A stretch of 64,000 bases of DNA, from the NCBI GenBank assembly GCA_001004105.1, contig LCQK01000002.1:347-64346 (forward strand), in the 5' to 3' direction. Every line of letters starts with the position of its first letter. Within the stretch, counting starts at the first letter, position 1. Both the position numbers and the translations under genes were made by a program. This stretch comes from Candidatus Jorgensenbacteria bacterium GW2011_GWB1_50_10 (GTDB lineage Bacteria > Patescibacteriota > Minisyncoccia > UBA6257 > GWB1-50-10). Under the pieces are notes generated by a model, which saw only the letters and a list, made by a program, of their open reading frames with translations, had not been told where the DNA came from and did no database searches. Below, piece by piece: positions 10,817-19,578 of the stretch.

Positions 10817-11122
10817 ATGAAAATCAAGAAAGGCGACAACGTAAAAATCATGAAAGGCAAGGACCGGGGGAAAACCGGCAAGGTTATTAAAGTTGACGAG
10901 GAAAAAGGCCGCCTCACGGTGGAAGGCGTAAATCTTTTCAAAAAGCACGTCCGGCCGAAGCGCCAGGGTGAAAAAGGCGAAGTCGTCTCCGTCGCGAGGC
11001 CGCTTGCCGTCTCGAATGTGATGCTCGTTTGTTCTTCCTGCGGCAAGGCCTCCCGGGTTGGATTTAGGATTGATAAGGAAATAAAAGAGCGATACTGCAA
11101 AAAGTGCAAAAGCGCAATTTAA
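10817..11122 (+). CDS. rplX: 50S ribosomal protein L24 with a C-terminal CxxC...CxxC zinc-ribbon-like extension
   Basis: KOW core MKIKKGD.V.I..GKDRGK; C-terminal CSSCGK...CKKCK. Confidence 0.88.
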   Translation: MKIKKGDNVKIMKGKDRGKTGKVIKVDEEKGRLTVEGVNLFKKHVRPKRQGEKGEVVSVARPLAVSNVMLVCSSCGKASRVGFRIDKEIKERYCKKCKSAI

Positions 11123-11125
11123 ACC

Positions 11126-11611
11126 ATGAAAAGCATAAGAGAACATATCAAAAAAATGGTGGTGAACGTCGGCTTGGGCAAGTTTCGGAACCTTTCCAGT
11201 TTCGAGGATAAGGTTTTGCCCGAGGTTGTAAAAGAAATCGCCCTCATTACCGGCCAGAAGCCTTCTTATCGGCCGGCTAAAAAATCCATCGCCGGTTTCA
11301 AGACGAGGCAAGGCGACACCATTGGTTTGCAGGTGACACTCCGGGGTAAGCGGATGGAGGATTTCTTTGCGCGGCTTATTAATTTCGTTCTGCCCCGCGT
11401 AAAAGACTTCCGGGGATTGGATGTGAGGAATGTCGACCACGACGGCAACTTGAACATTGGTTTTAAGGACCAATTCGTTTTTCCGGAGATAGTTCCCGAA
11501 AAGGCATCGGTCAATTTCGGCCTGCAGGTGACGTTTGTTACGGATTTGAAGAACCGCGAAAAAGCGATTGATTTCTACCGGAGGGTTTTGGTACCCTTAA
11601 AAAACAAATAA
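11126..11611 (+). CDS. rplE: 50S ribosomal protein L5
   Basis: L5 conserved blocks. Confidence 0.94.
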   Translation: MKSIREHIKKMVVNVGLGKFRNLSSFEDKVLPEVVKEIALITGQKPSYRPAKKSIAGFKTRQGDTIGLQVTLRGKRMEDFFARLINFVLPRVKDFRGLDVRNVDHDGNLNIGFKDQFVFPEIVPEKASVNFGLQVTFVTDLKNREKAIDFYRRVLVPLKNK

Positions 11612-11621
11612 ATCAAAATTC

Positions 11622-11807
11622 ATGGCTAAAACTTCCGTAAGGGCCAGAGCCCGCAAAAAACCCAAATTCTCAAGCCGCACCGTGCGGCGCTGTTTCCGCT
11701 GCGGCCGGAGGCGGAGCTACATGCGCGATTTCAACATGTGCCGAATCTGTTTTCGGGAAATGGCCGGCCGCGGAGAAATTCCCGGCGTGAAAAAAGCTAG
11801 CTGGTAA
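11622..11807 (+). CDS. rpsZ: 30S ribosomal protein S14 type Z (zinc-binding)
   Basis: 61 aa with CxxC...CxxC (CFRCGR...CRIC). Confidence 0.9.
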   Translation: MAKTSVRARARKKPKFSSRTVRRCFRCGRRRSYMRDFNMCRICFREMAGRGEIPGVKKASW

Positions 11808-11817
11808 TAGAACTTAT

Positions 11818-12189
11818 ATGTACATAAATTTACTGATTAGAATCAAAAACGCGAAGATGGCTGGTTTGGAAACGGTCAAGGCTCCTTACACCAAAAACGA
11901 CGAAGCGGTTGCCCTGCTTCTCAAGCGTTTCGGATTTATCAAAGACATCGAGATTAAGGGGCGGTCTTTCAAAAAAGTAATGGAAATCGATTTGGAGGAA
12001 GCAAGACCGCTTGAAGGTCTGAAATTCTTGAGCCGGCCCTCGCTCCGGCGTTACGGCAAATGCCGCGATTTCCGGAGGGTTAAAAGCGGCCGTGGACTCC
12101 TTATCGTTTCCACGCCCAAAGGAATTTTGACCGGCGAGGACGCCAAAAAAGCCAAAGTCGGCGGCGAACTGCTTTTTGAAATCTGGTAA
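11818..12189 (+). CDS. rpsH: 30S ribosomal protein S8
   Basis: S8-like sequence and position. Confidence 0.9.
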   Translation: MYINLLIRIKNAKMAGLETVKAPYTKNDEAVALLLKRFGFIKDIEIKGRSFKKVMEIDLEEARPLEGLKFLSRPSLRRYGKCRDFRRVKSGRGLLIVSTPKGILTGEDAKKAKVGGELLFEIW

Positions 12190-12194
12190 AAATC

Positions 12195-12752
12195 ATGTCT
12201 AAAATCGGCAAGCAAAAAATTGTCATTCCGGAGGGCGTTGAAGTCGCGGTAGGCGACGATTTCGTCATTTTAAAGAAAGACAAGAACGAATTGAAAGTAA
12301 TCCGGCTTCCGGGAGTGGTGATTTCCTACGATGCCGCGAAAAAGGAACTCGTTTTTTCGCTCGTGAACGTCACCAAGCAGACTAAGAGTAATTGGGGCAC
12401 GGAGCGGTCGCTCGTTTGGAACGCCGTCCAGGGTCTCACGAAAGGATTCGAAAAAACTTTGGTTTTGGAAGGGGTGGGCTACCGCATCACTAAAACCGGC
12501 GAAGATCTGGAGATGAACCTTGGTTTTTCGCATCCCGTCCGCTACAAGGCGTGCCCTGGCATCCAGTTTGAGGTCATCAAGAACACGACCTTGAAAATCC
12601 GGGGCGTGAATAAGGAAGTAGTGGGGCAGGTTGCCGCCGAAATCCGGGCTCTCAAAAAACCCGAGCCCTACAAGGGCAAGGGTTTCCACTATGAGGGCGA
12701 GGTCATCCGCCGCAAGGCCGGCAAGAAAGCGGTTGCTACAAGCGGCGCCTAA
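12195..12752 (+). CDS. rplF: 50S ribosomal protein L6
   Basis: L6 two-domain sequence. Confidence 0.93.
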   Translation: MSKIGKQKIVIPEGVEVAVGDDFVILKKDKNELKVIRLPGVVISYDAAKKELVFSLVNVTKQTKSNWGTERSLVWNAVQGLTKGFEKTLVLEGVGYRITKTGEDLEMNLGFSHPVRYKACPGIQFEVIKNTTLKIRGVNKEVVGQVAAEIRALKKPEPYKGKGFHYEGEVIRRKAGKKAVATSGA

Positions 12753-12763
12753 CAAAAATTAAT

Positions 12764-13129
12764 ATGACGGGAAATAAATCTTTAAACAAATTAAGAACAA
12801 GGCGGGGGAGAAGAGTACGGTTCAAGGTAAGAGGCGTTTCTCTGCGGCCCCGGCTTTCGGTTTTCCGGGCGAACCGCCACATTTACGCCCAAATCATAGA
12901 TGACTTAAAACAAAAGACGCTCGTTTCCGCCTCCTCCCTGGAACTTATGAAAAAATCCAAGACAAAAATCCCGAAAACCAAAATCGCCGGGGTAGTGGGC
13001 GAACTTCTTGCGGAGAAAGCCAAGGTCATGAAAATCAAAGCGGTTGTTTTCGACCGCGGCGCTTACCGCTATCACGGTCGGGTAAAGGCGCTCGCCGAGG
13101 CGGCGCGGCAGAAAGGTCTGGAGTTTTAA
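12764..13129 (+). CDS. rplR: 50S ribosomal protein L18
   Basis: L18-like sequence and position. Confidence 0.88.
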   Translation: MTGNKSLNKLRTRRGRRVRFKVRGVSLRPRLSVFRANRHIYAQIIDDLKQKTLVSASSLELMKKSKTKIPKTKIAGVVGELLAEKAKVMKIKAVVFDRGAYRYHGRVKALAEAARQKGLEF

Positions 13130-13133
13130 ATTT

Positions 13134-13655
13134 ATGAACCAGAATTTCAACAGATTCGGCCGGGGACCGCGGCGGCCGCGGGAAGTCAGCGAATTCAAGG
13201 AAAAAACGCTGGAAATCCGGCGGGTGACGCGGGTCATGGCCGGCGGCAAGCGTTTCAGCTTCCGGGCTTCCGTAGTTTTGGGCGACCTGAAAGGCCGGGT
13301 CGGTTTCGGCGTGGCCAAGGGCTTGGACGTCGCCTCCGCCATTTCGAAGGCCAAGCTCAAGGCGAAGAAAAATATGATTAGAATCCCCTTGAAGGACAAC
13401 CGGACTCTCTACTACGACGTGGAAGCCAAATACGGCGCGGCGGTGGTGCGCCTGAAGCCCGCGAGGTTGAACCACGGCCTTATCGCCGGAGGCGCCGCGA
13501 GGCCGGTCTTGGAACTGGCGGGCGTGAAAGACGTCTCCGCCAAAATCATGGGCCGGACGACCAATAAAATCTCGAACGCAAGGGCGACGCTCGAAGCCCT
13601 GAAGAAAATCAAGGTCCCAGAAAAAAAGCAAGAAAATGCAACTCCACAATCTTAG
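13134..13655 (+). CDS. rpsE: 30S ribosomal protein S5
   Basis: S5 dsRBD and C-terminal domain. Confidence 0.94.
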   Translation: MNQNFNRFGRGPRRPREVSEFKEKTLEIRRVTRVMAGGKRFSFRASVVLGDLKGRVGFGVAKGLDVASAISKAKLKAKKNMIRIPLKDNRTLYYDVEAKYGAAVVRLKPARLNHGLIAGGAARPVLELAGVKDVSAKIMGRTTNKISNARATLEALKKIKVPEKKQENATPQS

Positions 13656-14052
13656 AAATCCCTTAAAAAGGAAAATCAAAAGAGTTGGGCGGGGCGGCAA
13701 GCGCGGCACTACTTCCGGCCGCGGCCAGAAGGGCCAGAAGGCGCGAGCCGGCCACCGCATTCGGCCGGCCGAACGCGACCTCTTATTGCGGTTGCCGAAA
13801 TTAAGAGGTGTGAAGAACAAGCCCAGAACTGCGCCTTCCCGCGTGATTAACGTGGGCGTTCTGGCGCGCCATGCCGAGGGCGGTGCTGTGAATCCCGACG
13901 TTCTTTTGAAAAAGAATTTCATCAAGGATAAAAGAGAAAGGGTCAAAATCTTAGGCGGCGGCGAATTGAAAAGCGCCTTGAGCGTTTCCGGAATCAGGGT
14001 TTCTGCTTCCGCCAGGGCCAAGATCGAAAAAGCCGGCGGCAGTGTAAAATAG
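13636..14052 (+). CDS. rplO: 50S ribosomal protein L15 (overlaps rpsE by 20 nt; no rpmD between them)
   Basis: L15 Gly/Arg-rich N-terminus GRGGKRGTTSGRGQKGQ. Confidence 0.9.
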   Translation: MQLHNLRNPLKRKIKRVGRGGKRGTTSGRGQKGQKARAGHRIRPAERDLLLRLPKLRGVKNKPRTAPSRVINVGVLARHAEGGAVNPDVLLKKNFIKDKRERVKILGGGELKSALSVSGIRVSASARAKIEKAGGSVK

Positions 14053-14056
14053 GGTT

Positions 14057-15328
14057 ATGGATAAAATCCTTCAGATTTGGCGGATTCCGGATTTGCGGAA
14101 AAAAATCCTGATGGTTTTGCTCTGGCTTTTGGTTTTCCGGGTTTTGGCGGCCATTCCCATTCCGGGAATTGACGCCTTTCGTCTCAACGAATTTTTCTCC
14201 TCCAACCAGCTCTTCGGCTTTTTGAACATTTTCTCCGGCGGCGGCCTTTCCAATTTGTCGGTCGTGATGCTGGGCGTCGGTCCCTACATTACGGCGGTCA
14301 TCATCATGCAACTCCTCACTATTGTTTTTCCCCAGCTCAAAAAGGCCTACTACGAAGAGGGGGCCGAGGGCCGGGCCAAATTCAACCGCTACTCGCGGTG
14401 GCTCACTCTGCCGCTTGCCGCCTTGCAGTCCTACGGATTTTTGAATCTTCTGGCTTCCCGAGAGGTCCTGCCGGCGCTCACCACCACCGGACTTTTAACC
14501 AACGTCGCCATGATTACGGCCGGGAGCATATTCCTCATGTGGATCGGCGAAATCATTTCGGAATATAAAATCGGCAACGGCGTCTCGCTCCTCATCTTTG
14601 CCGGCATTGTAAGCAGCCTGCCGCAATTCATCGTTTCGAGCGTCCTTACGTATACGCCCTCCGTGTTGCCGACCTACATTGCTTTTTTGATTTTGAGCGT
14701 GGTCGTGATTGCCGCCGTCGTCTTCGTAAACGAAGGCGAGCGGAAAATTCCCGTCTCTTACGCCAAACAAGTCCGCGGCAACCGCCTTTACGGGGGCGTG
14801 GCGACTTATCTGCCGCTCAAGGTGAACCAGGCGGGCGTGATTCCCATCATTTTTGCGATTTCCATCCTGCTTTTCCCGCAGTTCATCGCCCAGGCCGCTT
14901 CCATTTTCTCGCCGGAATTGTCGCTCAAATTGAACGAAATCGTGGTTAATATTTTCAACAATCTGGTGATTTACAGCGTGATTTACTTCCTCTTGGTCGT
15001 GGTTTTCACTTATTTTTATACCGCCATCACCTTTGACCCGAAGGAGATTTCCAAAAACTTGCAGCGTTCCGGCGGCTTCATTCCGGGCATCCGGCCGGGG
15101 GAAGCGACGGCGGAAGCCATCAGCCAAGTGGTGAGAAAGACCACGATTTTCGGAGCTTTTTTCCTCGGGTTTATCGCTATTCTGCCGAACCTCACCCAGC
15201 TTGTGACGGGAATCCAGACCTTGACCATCGGGGGCACGGCGCTCCTCATTGTCGTTGCCGTTGCGCTTGAAGTGATGAAGCAGATTGAATCGCAACTGAC
15301 GGTGCGCGAATACGAGGGGATTTTGTAA
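14057..15328 (+). CDS. secY: Preprotein translocase subunit SecY
   Basis: 10-TM protein with conserved SecY blocks; follows rplO. Confidence 0.95.
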   Translation: MDKILQIWRIPDLRKKILMVLLWLLVFRVLAAIPIPGIDAFRLNEFFSSNQLFGFLNIFSGGGLSNLSVVMLGVGPYITAVIIMQLLTIVFPQLKKAYYEEGAEGRAKFNRYSRWLTLPLAALQSYGFLNLLASREVLPALTTTGLLTNVAMITAGSIFLMWIGEIISEYKIGNGVSLLIFAGIVSSLPQFIVSSVLTYTPSVLPTYIAFLILSVVVIAAVVFVNEGERKIPVSYAKQVRGNRLYGGVATYLPLKVNQAGVIPIIFAISILLFPQFIAQAASIFSPELSLKLNEIVVNIFNNLVIYSVIYFLLVVVFTYFYTAITFDPKEISKNLQRSGGFIPGIRPGEATAEAISQVVRKTTIFGAFFLGFIAILPNLTQLVTGIQTLTIGGTALLIVVAVALEVMKQIESQLTVREYEGIL

Positions 15329-15522
15329 ACCTTTTCTTCCCCACGCCAGACGGCTTCGGCTCGGGCGATTTCGTCCCGCTTCGGCGGGACTCAACCCTTC
15401 GCTCGCTTTAGATTCGGTGATATGATGCGTCATATCACCGAATAGCTCGCTCATCCACGACTGCGGTCGGGACTCCGCCGAAGAGTTGAGGGGTAAGTCT
15501 GGCTTTGGGGAAGAAAAGGTTT
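15325..15522. repeat. Composite ~200-nt palindromic element. Its 22-bp terminal inverted repeats are derived from the 26-nt family-B motif. It contains a perfect GTCCCGC-TTCG-GCGGGAC hairpin and a central 13-bp-stem hairpin (TTCGGTGATATGA-TGCG-TCATATCACCGAA).
   Basis: 5' arm AAACCTTTTCTTCCCCACGCCAGAC at 15327-15351 overlaps the secY stop. Its reverse complement lies at 15497-15522. Confidence 0.6.
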
Positions 15523-15552
15523 TTAGCTTGTGTAATTTGGATAAAAAACGCC

Positions 15553-15590
15553 CCGCGACGAACTGTGTCGCGGGGGTGTTGCTTGTTCGG
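15553..15590 (-). terminator. Hairpin CCCCGCGAC-N7-GTCGCGGGG with a T-run on the - strand; likely terminator of the - strand ORF 15595..15858
   Basis: 9-bp GC stem. The reverse-complement flank is CGTTTTTTATCC. Confidence 0.45.
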
Positions 15591-15594
15591 TGCG

Positions 15595-15858
15595 TCAGAG
15601 AGCTACCGCTAAGCCGCCCTCCACTCGGATGGGGCCGAAGCCGTTGATCGCCCGTAGCCAGGTCTTGTCATCATTGACTCGGACCCACAACCACGGAAGC
15701 ACCGTTGGGGTGTAGCGCCACCAGCGTTGGCCGCAAGGGCACGTGAAGAAATTCATTTCGTCGTGTGCGAATGGGTCTTGGTCTTCGTCCGGGTGTACGA
15801 AAGGCCAACGGGAGCTGCTTGCTTCAACTTCTTGGCACCGGCAGTTAGTATTGGGCAT
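15595..15858 (-). CDS. Small Cys/Trp-rich hypothetical protein (CxC...CPC) inserted between secY and adk
   Basis: 87-aa ORF with an AAGGAG Shine-Dalgarno sequence 7 nt upstream, its own terminator, and GC-rich composition. Confidence 0.4.
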   Translation of the reverse strand: MPNTNCRCQEVEASSSRWPFVHPDEDQDPFAHDEMNFFTCPCGQRWWRYTPTVLPWLWVRVNDDKTWLRAINGFGPIRVEGGLAVAL

Positions 15859-15936
15859 CAGTGCTCCTTTTGGTGTGTGGTCAAAATCTATTGGTCAACT
15901 TGAAACACAATATTATAATTCAGTTTTTTAGTCAAT

Positions 15937-16659
15937 TTGAAGCATTCTAAGTTAATAATTGCTACAATAAACTTAATGTCTAAACAAGCAGTTGTAATTT
16001 ATGGCCCTCCGGGTTCTGGCAAGGGGACGCAGGCGGAACTCCTGGAGAGCAAATACAGTTTCATTCATTTTGACACCGGCAAGTATATTGAGTCGCTGGT
16101 TCATGACCCGGAACTCCGGAAAAATTCGCTTATTAAGCGAGAGAAAAAATTGTTTGATAGTGGAACACTTAACACGCCGGCTTGGGTGCTTAGCATCGTA
16201 AAAGATGCGACGATTAAAATCGCCCGCGCGGGCTACAGCATAATTTTCAGCGGTTCGCCGAGAACGCTTTTTGAAGCGTTGGGCGACAGGAGCCACGGCG
16301 GGCTTTTGGCGGCGCTCATTAATCTTTTTGGTCGTAGAAACATCACTATTCTCAAGCTCTCTGTCCGGCCGCAAACTTCCATCAAAAGGAATTCCAGCCG
16401 GCTTGTTTGCTCCGTTTGCGGCTTGCCGATTCTTGCGGCCTCCAAGATTAAAAATTGCGCTTTGTGCGGCGCACCCGCCCGGAAAAGGATTTTTGACAAT
16501 CCGAAGCTCATTAAAGTGCGGTTGAAGCAATACGAAGACCGCACCTTGCCGATTATTCAGAAAGCGAAAAAATTGGGTTTGAAAGTCGTGCAGATAAACG
16601 GCGAGCCCGCACCTTACAAAGTCCACGCGAGTGTTATCAGAGCTTTGAAATTAAAGTGA
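15937..16659 (+). CDS. adk: Adenylate kinase (long form with a Cys4 lid)
   Basis: P-loop GPPGSGKGTQ; lid CSVCG...CALCG; conserved position after secY. Confidence 0.85.
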   Translation: MKHSKLIIATINLMSKQAVVIYGPPGSGKGTQAELLESKYSFIHFDTGKYIESLVHDPELRKNSLIKREKKLFDSGTLNTPAWVLSIVKDATIKIARAGYSIIFSGSPRTLFEALGDRSHGGLLAALINLFGRRNITILKLSVRPQTSIKRNSSRLVCSVCGLPILAASKIKNCALCGAPARKRIFDNPKLIKVRLKQYEDRTLPIIQKAKKLGLKVVQINGEPAPYKVHASVIRALKLK

Positions 16660-17423
16660 AGATCAGATTAAAGAACGAAAAAGACCTGCAAGCTTTGAGG
16701 CAGTCGGGGCTCATTCTCGCCTCTGTTTTGGAACTTTTGAAAGACACGGCCAGAGTCGGCGTGAAGTTGTCGCATTTGGATGAGCTCGCGCGCCGTCTTA
16801 TTGAAGAGGCGGGCGGCAAGCCCGCGTTTCTTGGTTACCGGCCGGAGGGGGCTCTAAAGCCCTACCCTGCCTCTATTTGCACATCCGTAAACGAAACACT
16901 GGTGCATGGTTTGCCTACGAACTATATTTTGAAATCTGGCGATGTTTTGAAGCTTGATGCGGGCGTAAATTACAAGGGATATTTCACCGATGCGGCGATT
17001 ACCGTCCCGATGGGCGAGGTTTCCAGTGAGGCGAAAAAGCTCATTCAGACGACTAAAGAAGCCCTGGAAAAAGGTATTGAGGCCTGTGTGCCTGGTAACC
17101 GCTCTGGCGATATCGGCCACGCTATAGAGAGTGTTGTTAAGAAACATGGGTTCGCGGTCATTCAAAATCTCACCGGTCACGGCGTGGGTTTTGCGCTCCA
17201 CGAGGAGCCGGACATTTACAACTTCGGCGAGAAGGGGAAGGGAATAGTTTTGGAGCCGGGGATGGTGCTCGCAATTGAGCCGATGGTGGCCGTGAAATCT
17301 TCGCGGGTGTTGCAAAAAGAAGACGACAGTTTTGTGACCGAAAAAGGCGACTTATCCGCCCACTTTGAGCATACGGTGGCGATAACCGAGAAAGGACCGG
17401 AAATCCTTACTCGGTTGGTTTAA
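16656..17423 (+). CDS. map: Methionine aminopeptidase type I
   Basis: Pita-bread fold metal ligands (D..D..H..E..E pattern); 255 aa. Confidence 0.93.
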   Translation: MKIRLKNEKDLQALRQSGLILASVLELLKDTARVGVKLSHLDELARRLIEEAGGKPAFLGYRPEGALKPYPASICTSVNETLVHGLPTNYILKSGDVLKLDAGVNYKGYFTDAAITVPMGEVSSEAKKLIQTTKEALEKGIEACVPGNRSGDIGHAIESVVKKHGFAVIQNLTGHGVGFALHEEPDIYNFGEKGKGIVLEPGMVLAIEPMVAVKSSRVLQKEDDSFVTEKGDLSAHFEHTVAITEKGPEILTRLV

Positions 17424-17472
17424 TTTCCGGTTTTTTATCAGGAAGCAAGTAGGAAGCAAAGCGATAAATTAT

Positions 17473-17496
17473 GTCAGTATGACATGTCATACTGAC
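17473..17496. promoter_or_regulatory. Perfect 24-nt palindrome GTCAGTATGACATGTCATACTGAC, 2 nt from the 3' end of the TrpR-like gene
   Basis: Perfect dyad, seen directly in the sequence. Confidence 0.5.
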
Positions 17497-17498
17497 TA

Positions 17499-17951
17499 TC
17501 ACAACGAAGGGTGCAGGTAGACTTTCCCGTACTTGGTGCGTCGGTATCTTCGATAGGGTTTCTTTTTGGAAGGGTGGCGGCTCCATACTTTCTTTTTCCG
17601 CTCTGTTTTACCTCGTTCCCGGTAGCTCTTGTAATTCCTTTCTTTGATAGCTTTTCTTATGCTATTTATGGTTTGCCGGGAAATTAGGAGTCCTCTTGAG
17701 ATTTGCTGCGGCCTCTTCCCTGAATTTACAAATTCTGCCACCGCGGCGCGCATGACTATATTGCGGCGCTCATTGGCGGTGACGAGTGTTTCCAAAAATT
17801 TTCCGGATTTGGTTATTCTGTCCCAGCAAGCTTTCTCCCAATCTTTACGTGAAGAATATTCACTTCTCGGCGGCAATAAGAACGAACCCGCGCCCATATT
17901 GTTGATTTTAGCCATAAACAAGTTAAGTTTAACATATTTAATGTATGACAT
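17499..17951 (-). CDS. TrpR/YerC/YecD-like helix-turn-helix protein
   Basis: The block ANERRNIVMRAAVAEFV..GKRPQQISRGLLISRQTINSIRKAI fits the TrpR-like HTH pattern. The start codon is the centre of a palindrome. Confidence 0.5.
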   Translation of the reverse strand: MSYIKYVKLNLFMAKINNMGAGSFLLPPRSEYSSRKDWEKACWDRITKSGKFLETLVTANERRNIVMRAAVAEFVNSGKRPQQISRGLLISRQTINSIRKAIKERNYKSYRERGKTERKKKVWSRHPSKKKPYRRYRRTKYGKVYLHPSL

Positions 17952-17958
17952 GTCATAC
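17943..17958. promoter_or_regulatory. Perfect 16-nt palindrome GTATGACATGTCATAC overlapping the start codon of the TrpR-like gene
   Basis: Same core as the 17473-17496 palindrome. Confidence 0.5.
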
Positions 17959-18087
17959 TACCACTCTGTCTACTGTGAGGGGTTATTGATTTTTGGTCGG
18001 GGATAAACTATAACGATTTTAGTCCATTCCACCGTCGCTGATACGGGATTCGTCCTGTGGCGACACTACCAAGAGAGGAGCCTGACA

Positions 18088-18702
18088 ATGGATTCGTCCA
18101 ACAGGGTTCAGCTTTTAACCGAGGGTTTGCAAGTCAACCCCGGCGACCTATCGCCCGAAGAGCGGGTTAGAGTCATGAGGTACTGGATTAACGGGGGACG
18201 CACCTATTTCCAGTATCTTCCCACATTTCGTCCTCTCCGCGATAGGATAGGTTCTTCACAGGAGTCTGACCGGACAAGAAGGCCGGTCGGTGACAACGTC
18301 GTCAATCTTGAGTTTAAAGAAAATGCTTGGGGTGGCGGCGTTGATAGTCGTCTCAGAGTTGCCGACATCAAGCGTCTTCAGTACTCACTAGACGGTAACA
18401 TCGAACTCAGGACGACTATCCTTCTCAGTGAGCGGGGTCTTTTCTTACTCGAGCAGATGAGGTTGGAACTCACACGAGTAGATGGCTTTATACATGAAAC
18501 CCTTCGTGGCTACACAGGGCGCTTGCTCTGTGACGCCGACGTTGTCCAGCACGAGAGCACGAGCTCGTTCTTCGAGGAGACTCTCCGCATCATCGTGGAG
18601 AGCATGCGGCGTGCGGGTCAGGATAAAGTCGACTGGGGTAAGGTGTTGCTGTACAGAGCGGACCAGATGCAAGAGCGACTCGGCACAGCAGTGAGGTGGT
18701 AA
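18088..18702 (+). CDS. Hypothetical protein (GC-rich, strong GAGAGGAG Shine-Dalgarno sequence)
   Basis: 204-aa ORF preceded by a strong SD; no recognisable motif. Confidence 0.45.
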   Translation: MDSSNRVQLLTEGLQVNPGDLSPEERVRVMRYWINGGRTYFQYLPTFRPLRDRIGSSQESDRTRRPVGDNVVNLEFKENAWGGGVDSRLRVADIKRLQYSLDGNIELRTTILLSERGLFLLEQMRLELTRVDGFIHETLRGYTGRLLCDADVVQHESTSSFFEETLRIIVESMRRAGQDKVDWGKVLLYRADQMQERLGTAVRW

Positions 18703-18716
18703 GCGTAGGTAGCGAC

Positions 18717-18760
18717 GGGGCTCGGGAGAGCAAAACTCCCGGGCCCTGTTTGTTTTTATA
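18717..18760 (+). terminator. Rho-independent terminator (CGGGAG-N7-CTCCCG followed by a T-run)
   Basis: Stem-loop followed by GTTTGTTTTT. Confidence 0.5.
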
Positions 18761-18796
18761 ATTCCTCGGGCCGGCGTTTTGGGTTTTGTTTTCTCC

Positions 18797-18824
18797 ATTC
18801 GCCAATTCGCGCGAATTGGCGAAT
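18797..18824. repeat. Perfect 28-nt palindrome ATTCGCCAATTCGC|GCGAATTGGCGAAT
   Basis: Seen directly. Its core TTCGCGCGAA is shared with the palindrome at 42696-42731. Confidence 0.5.
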
Positions 18825-19241
18825 AGTCGCTTTTACCGTTCCGGGAACTTTCCGGGATGGGGTTGGTGGGGGGTTATTAAGCAGTTGGATTTTTGGTTTT
18901 ATTTCTAATATAAATAGATTGACGGTCGTCGGTTAAGTCCGACCTCTGGGTTATGGGTAGCTTGGAATCTGCCCGTTATCAACGAGACCGCCTTCTGCCC
19001 CCATTACCCCGGTTGCGGGGTTATAATCCGAGGAAATCTCCGTCCAAAGGAAAACAAAGGGGAATCGGAGCTCTCAATCGGCCAAGCGATAGAGGGGTAG
19101 CCTAACGCCTTGGTCCAGAAAATCGGACCAAGGCGTTGCTCATTTTCATTTCATCGGGCCGGCGTTTTGGGTTTTTAAAATGCGAACAGCCCCGAAAATT
19201 TCTCGGGGCCGTTTGGCGCAGTAACTGCTCCGTCGCGGGGT

Positions 19242-19532
19242 TCAAAAGAGCAGTTCTTTTACTAGTTGGTCGTTCTGGGCGACCATGATTTTGTTACCTT
19301 GGGCGCGCTCGTCGAGCAGGTGCTCGTAGATGCGAAGGGCGTTGCGTACTAATTCGGCGAAAGTGATGGCATCAGATTTTGCCTTGACGTCTTTCAAGCG
19401 CTTGTAGGTTTCATTTGAAAACTGGAACTGCAACCGATGCCCCGCCGACCGTCCTTTTCGAGCCCTTTTCATTATTAGCTCCCGTGATTTGTGTGCCAAA
19501 TCCAGCGTGCCACAGGTTCTTTTAAGAGTCAA
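19242..19532 (-). CDS. Ribbon-helix-helix (CopG/Arc-like) DNA-binding protein
   Basis: Block HRLQFQFSNETYKRLKDVKAKSDAITFAELVRNALRIY resembles an RHH fold; the start is probably the internal Met. Confidence 0.4.
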   Translation of the reverse strand: MTLKRTCGTLDLAHKSRELIMKRARKGRSAGHRLQFQFSNETYKRLKDVKAKSDAITFAELVRNALRIYEHLLDERAQGNKIMVAQNDQLVKELLF

Positions 19533-19578
19533 ATAAATGAACCTTCAACACTAGAAATTTTATAAATTTCCATACTAA

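Noticed and set aside
10466-11473. 335-aa ORF on the - strand spanning rplN-rplX-rplE
   Set aside because: It is antisense to three well-supported ribosomal protein genes, has no recognisable motifs, and is a GC-driven spurious open frame. The same reasoning applies to 13035..14021, 14495..15454, 2837..3196, 3209..3799, 7606..8088 and 12270..12755.
18860-19140. tmRNA or RNase P RNA
   Set aside because: There is no tRNA-like 3' end (..CCCGCCTCCACCA-type), no tag-peptide reading frame, and the RNase P P4 consensus GGAAAGTCCGGGCT is not matched. The region is kept only as an unclassified structured region.
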